From contig CAYVPW010000001.1 in assembly GCA_964453915.1 (NCBI GenBank), forward strand, positions 6,143 to 70,142: a stretch of DNA of 64,000 nt, in the 5' to 3' direction. The notes beneath the pieces are model-generated. The model ran no database searches, was not told the origin of the DNA, and saw only the letters and a program-made list of their open reading frames with translations. Source of the DNA: an uncultured Christensenella sp. (GTDB lineage: Bacteria > Bacillota > Clostridia > Christensenellales > Borkfalkiaceae). The position numbers and the translations under genes were made by a program. Position 1 is the stretch's first letter. Each line of letters starts with the position of its first letter. Shown one piece after another: positions 1-9,838 of the stretch.

Positions 1-102
1 CGGGTATCCGAATTTTTCTAGCATTAAATTTATATTATCCGTAATATCTGGAACCGTATCTAATATAGTCCCGTCTAAATCAAAAATAACCGCCTTATTC
101 AT
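1..102 (-). CDS. HAD-superfamily hydrolase/phosphatase, N-terminal 34 codons only (gene runs off the window start)
   Basis: Hand translation of the minus strand from ATG 102-100 gives MNKAVIFDLDGTILDTVPDITDNINLMLEKFGYP with HAD motif I (DxDGT). The ATG overlaps the argS stop (TAATG). Confidence 0.6.
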   Translation of the reverse strand, partial: MNKAVIFDLDGTILDTVPDITDNINLMLEKFGYP

Positions 103-1784
103 TACATTTGCTCCACTGTTTGTATTCCTAAAAGCGTAAGCGCATTGGTAAGCGTAGTTTTTACCGCACTGGTTATGCTAAGTCTAAAATTTCTTGTATT
201 GTCGTCTTCTACACCGATTTTGCAGTTCATATAGAACTTATTAAACGCCGTAGCAAGTTCTAAAGCGTATCTGGTAATCAAAGAAGGTTCGTATTTTTCG
301 CCTGCAGCTTTTACTATATCGGTAAACTTTGCGATAACGGATACAACGCCGTACTCGTCCGAATCCATATCTTTTACGGTGTATTCCCCAACGTCTTTGT
401 TTTTAGCCAAAACGCTATTGCATCTTGCAATCGTATACTGAACGTACGGACAGGTTTCGCCCTCGAAAGAAAGCACCCTGTCGTAACTAAAAACTATGTC
501 CTTTATCTTATTGTTGCAAAGTGCGCCGAAAATAACGGCACCGGTGCCTACGGCTTTTGCTATTTCTTGCTTATTTTCTAAATTAGGATTTTTTTCTTCT
601 ATAACGTTATATGCCTTTTCTATGGTCTTATTTATAACGTCTTCTAAAAGCACAACGTTTCCCGCTCTCGTGCTCATTGAGCCGTTTTCCAAAGACACCA
701 TTCCGTACGCCACGTGCACCATATCTTTAGCCCAAGGCTTACCCATAAGTTCTAAAACCTTAAAAAATTGCTTAAAATGCAAGTTTTGTTGATAGGCAAC
801 AACGTATAAACATTTATCAAAATCGTAAGTGTTCTTTCTATAAATCGCCGCCGCCAAATCTCTGGTTGCATAAAGCGTAGACCCGTCCGATTTCAAAATC
901 AAACACGGTGGCATACCGTACTCTTCTAAATCAACGATAGACGCGCCCTCCGAAGTCTTTAGTAAACCTTTTTCTTTAAGTTCGTCCACAACGGGTTGCA
1001 TTTTATCGTTATAAAAACTTTCACCCGCATAAGAATCAAAAGAAACATTAAGCAATTTATAAATTTTATCAACTTCTTCCAAAGTGATTTTTTTGAACAA
1101 ATCGAAAAGTTCGTTGCTCTCTTTATCCCCGTCTTCTATCAACTTAAAATAGTGCCTTGCTTGGTCTTCTAATTCGGGGTGCAATTTTGCCTCTTCGTGA
1201 AACTTAACATATATAGAAGTAAGTTCTTTAAGCCTTCCTTCTATCACCTTTTCTTTACTACTCCACATTTTATATGCAACGATGAGTTTACCGAACTGAG
1301 TTCCGTAATCTCCCAAGTGGTTTATCCCTACGACTTTATATCCCAAAAAGCGGTATATTTTACAAAGCGCACTGCCGATAACGGTCGTGCTTAAATGCCC
1401 TATATGAAAGGGTTTTGCTATGTTTATGGAAGAATAGTCTATACAAACAGTCTTGCCCACCCCAACGCTTGAAGCACCGTATAATTCTCTTTTTTCGTTT
1501 ACTTCGTTTAATACGGCGCTTGCGAAACCTTTTCTGTTTATCTTAAAGTTGAGATACCCGTTTACCGCTTGACAACTTTCTATCACGTTATCGCTTATAA
1601 AATCTTTTTCAAGATTTTGAGCAATCACCACGGGCGAAGCCCTAAGTATTTTAGACAACTTAAAACACGGCAACGCATAGTCCCCCATTTCGGTGTTCGG
1701 CGGGACTTCCAAAAAACTTTCTATATTCTCTTTAATCTCTTCGGAAACGTTAAGTTTATCCGCAATATATTTTTTATAATCCAT
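102..1784 (-). CDS. argS: arginyl-tRNA synthetase
   Basis: 560-aa ORF with the class I HIGH motif (PFHIGHL) and ArgRS-like N- and C-terminal regions. ATG at 1784-1782 is preceded by TAGGAG. Confidence 0.93.
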   Translation of the reverse strand: MDYKKYIADKLNVSEEIKENIESFLEVPPNTEMGDYALPCFKLSKILRASPVVIAQNLEKDFISDNVIESCQAVNGYLNFKINRKGFASAVLNEVNEKRELYGASSVGVGKTVCIDYSSINIAKPFHIGHLSTTVIGSALCKIYRFLGYKVVGINHLGDYGTQFGKLIVAYKMWSSKEKVIEGRLKELTSIYVKFHEEAKLHPELEDQARHYFKLIEDGDKESNELFDLFKKITLEEVDKIYKLLNVSFDSYAGESFYNDKMQPVVDELKEKGLLKTSEGASIVDLEEYGMPPCLILKSDGSTLYATRDLAAAIYRKNTYDFDKCLYVVAYQQNLHFKQFFKVLELMGKPWAKDMVHVAYGMVSLENGSMSTRAGNVVLLEDVINKTIEKAYNVIEEKNPNLENKQEIAKAVGTGAVIFGALCNNKIKDIVFSYDRVLSFEGETCPYVQYTIARCNSVLAKNKDVGEYTVKDMDSDEYGVVSVIAKFTDIVKAAGEKYEPSLITRYALELATAFNKFYMNCKIGVEDDNTRNFRLSITSAVKTTLTNALTLLGIQTVEQM

Positions 1785-1799
1785 AGCAACTCCTATACT

Positions 1800-1827
1800 A
1801 TTTTATCATATCATATTTTTTAGGCAA
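1800..1827 (-). promoter_or_regulatory. sigma-A type promoter for argS
   Basis: On the minus strand: TTGCCT (1827-1822), 16-nt spacer, TGATAAAAT extended -10 (hexamer 1805-1800). The leader is too short for a T-box. Confidence 0.45.
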
Positions 1828-1844
1828 AAAGCAAGGCAAAAAAC

Positions 1845-1873
1845 TTGTAAAATTCATTTATTTGGTTTATAAT
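1845..1873 (+). promoter_or_regulatory. sigma-A type promoter for ychF
   Basis: TTGTAA (1845-1850), 17-nt spacer, TATAAT (1868-1873). SD AAGGAAG lies before ATG 1906. Confidence 0.5.
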
Positions 1874-1905
1874 TAACGGGATTATAACTTTAAGGAAGAT
1901 TTTAT

Positions 1906-3003
1906 ATGAAACTAGGAGTTGTAGGATTGCCAAACGTAGGCAAATCCACTTTATTTAACGCTATCACTCACGCCGGCGCAGAATGTGCAAACTATCCTTT
2001 TTGCACCATAGAACCTAATGTAGGCGTTGTAGCCGTTCCCGACAACCGTTTGCAAGTTTTAGGCAAAATGTACGACACTAAAAAGATAACCCCCGCCGTT
2101 GTGGAATTCGTAGACATAGCGGGTCTTGTAAAAGGTGCAAGTAAAGGCGAAGGTTTGGGAAACAAATTTTTGGCAAACATAAGAGAAACGGATGCAATCG
2201 TTCACGTTGTCAGATGTTTTGAAGACGAAAACGTAACCCACGTGGAAAATTCCGTAGATCCGCTTCGCGATATAGAAACAATAAACCTAGAACTTATTTT
2301 CGCCGATATGGATTCCGTTAAAAAGAGATTAGACAAGTCGCTTAACATGATAAAAACGGGAGACAAAAAATATAAGATAGAATCCGAATTTTTACAAAGA
2401 CTTTACGACCATTTAGAAAAAGGACTTTGTGCTAGAACGTTAGAAGTTTCAGAAGAAGAAAAAGAATACCTAAAAGATTTGTTTTTAATCACTTCTAAAC
2501 CCGTAATATACACTGCCAACATAGGCGAAAAAGACATGGGAAAGGACGAAAATGAATTGCCGTTGGTTAAAAAAGTGATAGATTTTGCAAAGTCTGAAAA
2601 CGCAGAACATTTAACCATTTGTGCTAAAACGGAAGAAGAACTCTCTTCTCTTCCTGAAGACGAGCAACAAATGTTTTTAGAAGAACTCGGGCTAAAAGAA
2701 AGCGGACTTGACAGGCTTATAAAAACCTCTTACAAACTTTTAGGGCTTATAAGTTATTTAACGGCAGGCGAAAAAGAAGTTCGCGCTTGGACAATAGAAA
2801 ACGGCACGAAAGCGCCTCAGGCTGCCGGCAAAATCCACAGTGATTTTGAAAAAGGCTTTATCCGTGCGGAAATAGTAGATTACGGCGTGCTTGTTGAATT
2901 AGGCAGTTTTAACGCCGCAAAAGAACACGGAAAGGTCCGTTCCGAAGGCAAAGATTACGTTATAAAAGACGGAGACGTGGTTTTATTCAGATTTAATGTT
3001 TAA
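1906..3003 (+). CDS. ychF: ribosome-binding ATPase YchF (Obg-like GTPase family)
   Basis: P-loop GLPNVGKSTLFNA at the N-terminus and a TGS-like C-terminus (DYVIKDGDVVLFRFNV). 365 aa is typical of YchF. Confidence 0.93.
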   Translation: MKLGVVGLPNVGKSTLFNAITHAGAECANYPFCTIEPNVGVVAVPDNRLQVLGKMYDTKKITPAVVEFVDIAGLVKGASKGEGLGNKFLANIRETDAIVHVVRCFEDENVTHVENSVDPLRDIETINLELIFADMDSVKKRLDKSLNMIKTGDKKYKIESEFLQRLYDHLEKGLCARTLEVSEEEKEYLKDLFLITSKPVIYTANIGEKDMGKDENELPLVKKVIDFAKSENAEHLTICAKTEEELSSLPEDEQQMFLEELGLKESGLDRLIKTSYKLLGLISYLTAGEKEVRAWTIENGTKAPQAAGKIHSDFEKGFIRAEIVDYGVLVELGSFNAAKEHGKVRSEGKDYVIKDGDVVLFRFNV

Positions 3004-3021
3004 ACGGTTTTATTACCTATT

Positions 3022-3056
3022 AAAGCGGGGCAAAACGCCCCGCTTTATTTTTTCTT
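3022..3056 (+). terminator. rho-independent terminator after ychF
   Basis: GC-rich hairpin GCGGGGC-aaaac-GCCCCGC followed by TTTATTTTTTCTTTT. Confidence 0.8.
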
Positions 3057-3178
3057 TTCGGTTAAAAAAACGATACTTTCCGTTAAAAAAATTATATACC
3101 TTATTTAATGCAAAAATTATAATAAAAACGCAAACTGAAATTCGGTTTAAAAAGTTTTTAAGGTATAAGGATTTTATT

Positions 3179-4360
3179 ATGTTAAGCGAAAAATTGTTAA
3201 AAGAAGGAAACGGCGTTTTAAGATTAAAGCCAACGTGGGTACCGAGAGCGTTTTGTCGCCCCGGCAAAAGAATAAAACCCCATCCGGACGATTACTATAT
3301 TTTAGGTTTAGAAAGGGGCGGTATAGACGAAAGGTGGTTTTCTTCTACCACTTGGGCAGAAAACGGTCCCGATACGCCAAAAGACGAAGGGCTTTCTTAT
3401 GTCGTTTCAAAAGACGGAAAAGAGCAAATGTTATTAAAGGACGTTATAGAAGAACTTAAAGACCAGATAGTAGGCAAAAGTATTTGGAACAAATATAAAA
3501 AGTGGCCTATGTTTTCTAAATATTTCGATAATCAAGGGCCTCTCCCCCACCACGTTCACCACAGAGACGAACACGCCGCAAGAGTCGGTGCTAAAGGAAA
3601 ACCGGAAATGTACTTTTTTCCTTCTCAACTGAACAATCACGGCGGAGAATTTCCGTTTACCTTCTTCGGGTTTAATCCGGATTGCAAAAAAGAAGAAATC
3701 AAAAAGTGCTTAAAAAACTTTAATAAGGGCGACAATAAAATTTTAGATTATTCTAGGGCGTATAAAATAACCTTAGATACCGGTTGGGACGTTCCCCCCG
3801 GAGTTTTGCACGCACCCGCAAGTTTATGCACTTACGAACCGCAGTTCGCTTCCGACGTGTACGCAATGTATCAATCCGTTTTATACGGCGGGCATTGCGT
3901 AAGCGAAGACCTTTTATGGAAAAATTGTCCAAAAGAAGAAAAAGGCAATTTCGATTATCTTATGGAAGTAATAGACTGGGAAGCAAACGTTGATCCAAAC
4001 TTTAAGAAAAACAGATTTATGCCGCCGATAATCGCAAGGGAAAACGAAAAATTCAAAGAGGAATGGATTTGCTATAAATCTAAACTTGTAAGCGCAAAAC
4101 GCTTAACCGTTTATCCAAAACAAACTGTAGTAATAAAGGACAGCGCCCCATACGGATTTATTCTTATAGAAGGACACGGAGAGTTTGGAGAGTGGCAAAT
4201 TGAAACGCCAACTTTGATAAGATACGGAGAACTTACCAACGACGAATTTTTTATCACGGAAAACGCCGCAAAACGCGGCATTACCGTGACCAACGAAAGT
4301 AGCACGGAAAATTTAGTTATGTTAAAACATTTTGCAGAAAATCCCGATTTGAACTTTTAA
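3179..4360 (+). CDS. cupin-fold sugar or sugar-phosphate isomerase-like protein (type I phosphomannose isomerase-like); function uncertain
   Basis: ATG 3179 is preceded by AAGGA. The track start at 2996 would read through the ychF terminator, so I rejected it. His-rich metal-site-like motifs are present (LPHHVHHRDEH, PPGVLHAP). The family call is from memory and was not searched. Confidence 0.4.
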   Translation: MLSEKLLKEGNGVLRLKPTWVPRAFCRPGKRIKPHPDDYYILGLERGGIDERWFSSTTWAENGPDTPKDEGLSYVVSKDGKEQMLLKDVIEELKDQIVGKSIWNKYKKWPMFSKYFDNQGPLPHHVHHRDEHAARVGAKGKPEMYFFPSQLNNHGGEFPFTFFGFNPDCKKEEIKKCLKNFNKGDNKILDYSRAYKITLDTGWDVPPGVLHAPASLCTYEPQFASDVYAMYQSVLYGGHCVSEDLLWKNCPKEEKGNFDYLMEVIDWEANVDPNFKKNRFMPPIIARENEKFKEEWICYKSKLVSAKRLTVYPKQTVVIKDSAPYGFILIEGHGEFGEWQIETPTLIRYGELTNDEFFITENAAKRGITVTNESSTENLVMLKHFAENPDLNF

Positions 4361-4367
4361 ATATTAT

Positions 4368-4405
4368 AAAAATCCCCGAAAATTTTTTCGGGGATTAGTT
4401 TTTTA
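4368..4405. terminator. bidirectional terminator between convergent genes
   Basis: Perfect inverted repeat AATCCCCGAAAA/TTTTCGGGGATT flanked by an A-run and a T-run. Confidence 0.8.
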
Positions 4406-4417
4406 AAATGCTTGATT

Positions 4418-5257
4418 CTACGATTTCCTTTTTAAATTAACATAGTTTTTTCTCCACGCAGCGGGAGTAATTTTAAAAAGTTTTTTAAATGCATTGATAT
4501 AATTGCTTTGAGAACAAAAACCACATTCCATAGCAATTTCCACCATCGCTTTATTTTTATCCATAAGCATAACGGAAGACGCCCTTAACCGCTCGTCTAA
4601 AACATACCTTGCAAGCGTTATACCTAAATATTTTTTAAACTCTCTGCACACAAAGCCGTGACTGTAATTAGTAGATTTTACTATTTCGCTTATGTCTTTT
4701 GTCATAAATTCCGGTTTGGATAAATTTGCAAGCAGGCTTAAAAGCCAGTCCGGATAATTATCTAAAGAAGAAATTTGTTTTTCTACGTACAATCCCAAAT
4801 AATAAGCAACCAATGTTGTGTGAATGGCTTTTAACTTATCTTTGGGCACGTCTTCGCGAGAAAAAATATTCCAACGTTTTTCAAGTCTTTCGCTTGACTC
4901 GTGCCCGAACGGCACAATCACGGGGTCTGTTGAATAAATCAGTTTTTCGTATAACCCGCCGTCTATCGCCCCGCAAATTTCCTTCATTTTTTCGTCTTCA
5001 ACAAAAATATTTCTTTGCTTGATAAAACGTTCCGGATTATAGCACAAGAAATAGTGCACGTCCCCCGGCTTCATTATCAAAAAACTGTCGTTAGACACAA
5101 CTATCTTTTTTTCATTTACATACTGAACCAAGTCTTCCCTAAACACGGGATAAACTATTTCCCAAAACGTATGCACATGCGGAATAGGATTAAGATGCTC
5201 TATCGTGTTTGCAAAAGGAAAATCTTTAATAGTATTTTCGTCGTATTTTACAGCCAT
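4418..5257 (-). CDS. AraC-family transcriptional regulator (cupin-type sensor plus AraC HTH)
   Basis: 279 aa. The C-terminal two-HTH AraC signature region runs from KSTNYSHGFVCREFKKYLGIT to SQSNYINAFKKLFKITPAAWR. Confidence 0.85.
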   Translation of the reverse strand: MAVKYDENTIKDFPFANTIEHLNPIPHVHTFWEIVYPVFREDLVQYVNEKKIVVSNDSFLIMKPGDVHYFLCYNPERFIKQRNIFVEDEKMKEICGAIDGGLYEKLIYSTDPVIVPFGHESSERLEKRWNIFSREDVPKDKLKAIHTTLVAYYLGLYVEKQISSLDNYPDWLLSLLANLSKPEFMTKDISEIVKSTNYSHGFVCREFKKYLGITLARYVLDERLRASSVMLMDKNKAMVEIAMECGFCSQSNYINAFKKLFKITPAAWRKNYVNLKRKS

Positions 5258-5263
5258 ATTTTT

Positions 5264-7678
5264 TTACAACTTAAACGCCTGCTCCGGCTTGCGTTTTTTA
5301 TTTTCGTTTTTAAGGGTTTTGCCTTTATTAGTTCTACCGTCAACGTAAAGGTCTTCCGTGTTTACGCTAAACGCAACTCCGAAATTATCTATAACTGCTA
5401 TATCGAAAGGCTCTTTAACGTAAGATGCAAACACTACTCTTTCTCCGCTTGCAAGGTTTGCTATTTTTACGCCCTTTCTATATCTCGCCATAGGCTCTAT
5501 ATCGGAAACTATTACCCTTTTATAATAGCTACCGTCCGTAATTATAACAAATTCTCCTTCTTCGTCTACTTGAGAAACAAAAACAATTTCGTCCTTATCG
5601 TTTAGCTTTATTCCTTTCACGCCGCCCGCAACCCTACCTTGTGCGGGTATATCGTCTTTGATAGCATTTAGCGCTAAACCGTCTTTCGTAATATAAGCAA
5701 GAGTCGTTTCTGGCTTGTCGTTTTCAACGCCGATAAGCTCGTCTTTATCTTTTAGTTTTATCGCTTGATAATACGGTTTTTGGATATTATATTCTTTCCA
5801 TTCCGTCTTTTTTATCAACCCGTCTTTTGTAAAGAATAACAAATACCCTTCGGGAAGTTTATCTTCATATACTGGGAAGAACGCAACCGGATATTCGTTT
5901 CTTGCGGCGTCCTTAAACACGTCCGTAAACTTTAATCCTTTATCTCTATACCTACATTCTTGTGCAACCTCTAAGTCTACCTTACAGCAATTACCAAGGT
6001 TAGTAAAGCACAAAAGAGTTTGGTCGCTTTTTGCAAACGCTTTTACAACAATAAAGTCTTCCGCAGCACTAGATTCTTTTACGGATTTATCACTTGCGTT
6101 ATAATTTTTTTGCGTCATCTTTTTAAACGCGCCGCCTTTAGTAAACGCCACAACCAAATCGTCTACCTGCTTTAATTCTTTTTCTACGCTTTTTAAATCT
6201 ATTTCCGCTCCGCCTTCTATAATGCCCGTTCTTCTTTCTTCTCCGTACTTTTTCTTTATGGAAAGAAGTTCGGTTTTTACTACTTCCATTTGTTTTGCTT
6301 TGCTTGCAATTATTGCGGAAAGTTCCTCTATCTTCTTTTTTAACTCTCTAAGTTCTTCTTCTAACTTAGTCACTTCTAGCTTAGTAAGTCTTGCAAGCCT
6401 TAAATCCAAAATTGCGGTTGCTTGCGCTTCCGATAAATCGAAACGTTTACGGAGTTTTGCACGCGCGTCTTGCGTGTTGTCCGCTCCTTTTATTATCCTT
6501 ATTACTTCGTCTATATTTTTAACGGCAACTATAAGCCCTTCTAAAATATGCGCGCGCTCTTTCGCCCTTTCAAGTTCGTATTTAGAGCGCCTTAACACTA
6601 CTTCTCTTTGATAGTTTACGTAATATCCGATAATATCCAAAAGCCCTAGTTGACGGGGCTTTCCGTCCGCTATGGCAACCATATTTATTCCGAATGAAGT
6701 TTCTAAATCGGTGTTTTTATATAAGTACGCCAAAATCTTTTTAGCGTCTGTTTCTTTCTTTAGTTTTATAACGGCACGCATACCGTTTCTGTCGGATTCG
6801 TCTACAACGTCCGCAATTCCGCCCAAAATATCTTTTTTATCTTCTTTCATCTCCGAAATCTTTTTTAAGAGTTCGGCTTTATTAACCTGGTAAGGAAGTT
6901 CGCTTATAATTAAGTTTTGTTTTTCTCCTTCCTTTTCTATATTTACTCTCGCGCGGATTTTTATTTTGCCTTTACCCGTTTTATACGCTTCTACAAGCTC
7001 TTCTCCGGCAATTAAATATCCGCCCGTAGGAAAGTCCGGCGCCTTTATATACTTCATCATTTCTTTAAGTGAAATTTTCGGATTGTCTATATAAGCAACC
7101 GTTCCGTTTATTACTTCCGTTAAATTGTGCGTGGGAATTTTAGACGCAATACCAACCGCAATCCCTTGCGACCCGTTTACCAACAAGTTAGGAAAACGAC
7201 CGGGAAGCGTTTCGGGTTCCGTTTCGGTATCGTCGAAGTTAAGATTGAATTTTACGGTATCTTTTTCTATATCTTTAAGAAGTTCTAAAGAAAGTTCTTG
7301 CAATCTTGCTTCCGTATACCTGTACGCAGCGGCAGAGTCCCCGTCTACCGTACCGAAGTTTCCGTGCCCGTCCACAAGCGGCATACGCATATTAAAATCT
7401 TGCGCCATATGAACAAGCGCACCGTAAACGGAACTGTCCCCGTGCGGATGGTATTTACCTAAAACTTCACCGACTATTTTAGCACACTTTCTGTGCTGTT
7501 TATCCGGCGTAAGCCCCATACCGTACATTGCGTAAAGTATTCTTCTTTGAACGGGCTTTAATCCGTCTTCTACTCTCGGAAGCGCTCTGTCTAAAATTAC
7601 GTCTTCCGCATAAGATATCATAGACGACTTAAAAACTTCGTCTAAAGAATTTATAATCAAACCTTTTTCGTTTTCCAT
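5264..7678 (-). CDS. parC: type IIA DNA topoisomerase subunit A, ParC-type (topoisomerase IV subunit A or a second gyrase A)
   Basis: Motifs [12 protein letters not shown] and the catalytic Tyr context [10 protein letters not shown]. The C-terminal beta-pinwheel repeats show no recognisable GyrA box (QRRGGKG). It follows the B subunit in the parE-parC order usual in Firmicutes. Confidence 0.75.
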   Translation of the reverse strand: MENEKGLIINSLDEVFKSSMISYAEDVILDRALPRVEDGLKPVQRRILYAMYGMGLTPDKQHRKCAKIVGEVLGKYHPHGDSSVYGALVHMAQDFNMRMPLVDGHGNFGTVDGDSAAAYRYTEARLQELSLELLKDIEKDTVKFNLNFDDTETEPETLPGRFPNLLVNGSQGIAVGIASKIPTHNLTEVINGTVAYIDNPKISLKEMMKYIKAPDFPTGGYLIAGEELVEAYKTGKGKIKIRARVNIEKEGEKQNLIISELPYQVNKAELLKKISEMKEDKKDILGGIADVVDESDRNGMRAVIKLKKETDAKKILAYLYKNTDLETSFGINMVAIADGKPRQLGLLDIIGYYVNYQREVVLRRSKYELERAKERAHILEGLIVAVKNIDEVIRIIKGADNTQDARAKLRKRFDLSEAQATAILDLRLARLTKLEVTKLEEELRELKKKIEELSAIIASKAKQMEVVKTELLSIKKKYGEERRTGIIEGGAEIDLKSVEKELKQVDDLVVAFTKGGAFKKMTQKNYNASDKSVKESSAAEDFIVVKAFAKSDQTLLCFTNLGNCCKVDLEVAQECRYRDKGLKFTDVFKDAARNEYPVAFFPVYEDKLPEGYLLFFTKDGLIKKTEWKEYNIQKPYYQAIKLKDKDELIGVENDKPETTLAYITKDGLALNAIKDDIPAQGRVAGGVKGIKLNDKDEIVFVSQVDEEGEFVIITDGSYYKRVIVSDIEPMARYRKGVKIANLASGERVVFASYVKEPFDIAVIDNFGVAFSVNTEDLYVDGRTNKGKTLKNENKKRKPEQAFKL

Positions 7679-7700
7679 ACTCTTTTCCTTTTACTGCAAT

Positions 7701-9653
7701 TTAGGAGCGTTTCATTTCTTTAAAACTGTCTTCTTTACTAAAATTTGCGTGCGTGAATATATACTCTCTTCTTCCGCTTACTTCGTCGCCCATCAATAAA
7801 GTGATAAGCCTGTCCGCTTCGGCAGCGTCTTCTACCGTCACTTGCATAAGCGCACGCCTTTTAGGATCCATGGTAGTTTCCCATAATTGAGAGGGGTCCA
7901 TTTCGCCCAAGCCCTTGTATCTTTGTATTTGGTATCCCCTACCCACTTTGTTTATCTTTTCTCTTAATTCTTTATCGTCGTATGCGTATTCTTCCACGTT
8001 GCCTTTATATACTTTATAAAGCGGAGGCATACCTATATAAACGTGACCGGAAGTTATAAGCTCTCTCATATACCTAAAAAAGAAAGTTAAAAGCAATATT
8101 CTTATGTGTCCGCCGTCAACGTCCGCATCGCTTAAAATTATAACTTTATGGTACCTTAAACTGTCTAAGTCGAATTCGTTTCCTATACCCGTACCTAGTG
8201 CGGAAATCATAGTTCTTATCTCTTCGTTTTGCAAAACTTGGTCAAGTTTTTTCTTTTCTACGTTAAGAATTTTCCCCCTAAGCGGCAATATGGCTTGAAA
8301 CTGCCTTGCTCTGGCTTGTTTAGCACTGCCGCCGGCAGAATCTCCTTCTACGATAAAAAGTTCGTTGAGTTCGGGTTTTCTACCGGAACAAGCGGCAAGT
8401 TTACCCACTAGGTTTTGAGCCTCTATGCTTTTGCTTGCACGTGCTATTTCTTTTGCCTTTTTAGCGGCAAGCCTTACCTTTGCAGCCCCCATTGCCTTTT
8501 CTATTATCGTATCGAAAACTTTTTGCAACTTTTTGTTTTTCATCAACGCATCAAGTTCGTTAACGGTCACGTACTCAACGGCGGGGCGTGCTTCGGGATT
8601 GCCTAGTTTCGTTTTTGTTTGACCTTCAAACTGCACGTTTTGCATCTTTACGGATATAATCGCCGTAAGACCTTCTTTAAAATCTTCTCCAAGCAAATTA
8701 TCGTCCTTGTCTTTTAACAAGTTTCTACCCCTAGCGTAATCGTTAAGCACTCTGGTAAGCCCTGATCTAAATCCCGTTTCGTGCATACCGCCTTCGCCGG
8801 TAGGTATATTGTTTACGTAAGAATAAAGGGAGTCTACGTATGCGTCCGTATACTGAATTGCAAACTCAACCAAAATATTGTCTTTTACGGCGGTTGCATA
8901 CACGGGCTCTCCGTATAGCACCGTTTTGCCTTCGTTTAGGTATTTTACAAAATCAACTATTCCGCCGTCATACTTATAAGTAAAATATTTTTCGGTTCTT
9001 TGATCTTGAAAATTTATCTCTAACCCTTTATTTAAAAAGGCAAGTTCCTTTAATCTCTTTGCAATGGTTTCCGTGTTCCAAATTACCGTTTCAAAAACCC
9101 TTGCGTCCGGCATAAACTGAACGAACGTTCCCTTCTTTTTTGTCTTTTCCTTAGTATTTTTTAGCGGTGCTACGGGAACGCCGGACTTTATTTTGCCCGT
9201 TTCTTTATCAAGATAACTTCTAAATTCCATCTCGTAAACAGTGTCCTTAAACACTTTTACTTTTAGCCATTCTGAAAGAGCGTTCGTCACGGAAGCGCCT
9301 ACCCCGTGAAGTCCGCCGGAATAATTATAATTATCAGAACCGAATTTACCGCCTGCGTGTAGTTTTGTAAACACTACTTGCACGCCGGAAACACCTGCCT
9401 TAGAGTGAATGTCGGTAGGGATACCCCTGCCGTTATCTTCCACGGAAGCGCTGCCGTCTTTATACAAAACTATATCTATTTTGTTCGCATAGCCGTTTGC
9501 CGCTTCGTCCACCGCATTATCGACAATTTCCCACAGTATATGGTGAAGCCCCCTTTCGCTGGTGGTGCCGATATACATACCGGGGCGTGTTCTTACTGCA
9601 TCTAAGCCTTCTAATATTTTAATGTCTTCCGCTTTATAACTGTTTTTTGCCAT
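7701..9653 (-). CDS. parE: type IIA DNA topoisomerase subunit B, ParE-type
   Basis: GHKL ATPase N-terminus (LEGLDAVRTRPGMYIG) and Toprim motifs EGDSAGGS and PLRGKILNVEK. Confidence 0.78.
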   Translation of the reverse strand: MAKNSYKAEDIKILEGLDAVRTRPGMYIGTTSERGLHHILWEIVDNAVDEAANGYANKIDIVLYKDGSASVEDNGRGIPTDIHSKAGVSGVQVVFTKLHAGGKFGSDNYNYSGGLHGVGASVTNALSEWLKVKVFKDTVYEMEFRSYLDKETGKIKSGVPVAPLKNTKEKTKKKGTFVQFMPDARVFETVIWNTETIAKRLKELAFLNKGLEINFQDQRTEKYFTYKYDGGIVDFVKYLNEGKTVLYGEPVYATAVKDNILVEFAIQYTDAYVDSLYSYVNNIPTGEGGMHETGFRSGLTRVLNDYARGRNLLKDKDDNLLGEDFKEGLTAIISVKMQNVQFEGQTKTKLGNPEARPAVEYVTVNELDALMKNKKLQKVFDTIIEKAMGAAKVRLAAKKAKEIARASKSIEAQNLVGKLAACSGRKPELNELFIVEGDSAGGSAKQARARQFQAILPLRGKILNVEKKKLDQVLQNEEIRTMISALGTGIGNEFDLDSLRYHKVIILSDADVDGGHIRILLLTFFFRYMRELITSGHVYIGMPPLYKVYKGNVEEYAYDDKELREKINKVGRGYQIQRYKGLGEMDPSQLWETTMDPKRRALMQVTVEDAAEADRLITLLMGDEVSGRREYIFTHANFSKEDSFKEMKRS

Positions 9654-9697
9654 TTTTTATCCTTATAAATAAAATCTTGTGGTTTTATATCCGTATT

Positions 9698-9726
9698 ATT
9701 CTACCATATATTGTGTTTCTTTTCAA
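9698..9726 (-). promoter_or_regulatory. sigma-A type promoter for parE-parC
   Basis: Minus strand: TTGAAA (9726-9721), 17-nt spacer, TGGTAGAAT extended -10 (hexamer 9703-9698). Confidence 0.5.
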
Positions 9727-9774
9727 GGATTTTTGCATTTTTTTGACTAAAAACGCCATACCGTTATTTTTTTA

Positions 9775-9813
9775 AAATAAAAAAGACGCTCTTTATTTTT
9801 ATTTTAGAGCGCC
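9775..9813 (-). terminator. rho-independent terminator after copA
   Basis: Minus strand GGCGCTCT...AGAGCGTC hairpin (one G-T pair) followed by TTTTTTATTTT. Confidence 0.7.
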
Positions 9814-9838
9814 TTGTTATATCATTTTTTGCTATCTT

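Noticed and set aside
1785-1905. T-box riboswitch upstream of argS
   Set aside because: The whole intergenic region is only 121 nt and holds two divergent promoters. The argS leader is about 15-20 nt, far too short for a T-box.
2996-3178. N-terminal 61-codon extension of the PMI-like ORF as given in the track
   Set aside because: It overlaps the ychF stop and reads straight through the ychF terminator hairpin. The sequence is low-complexity and basic. A proper ATG with an SD exists at 3179.
5264-9653. Calling the topoisomerase pair gyrB-gyrA
   Set aside because: The A subunit's C-terminal domain shows no GyrA box, and the pair is not in a dnaA/dnaN/recF context. I kept a ParE/ParC-type call but flagged the uncertainty.
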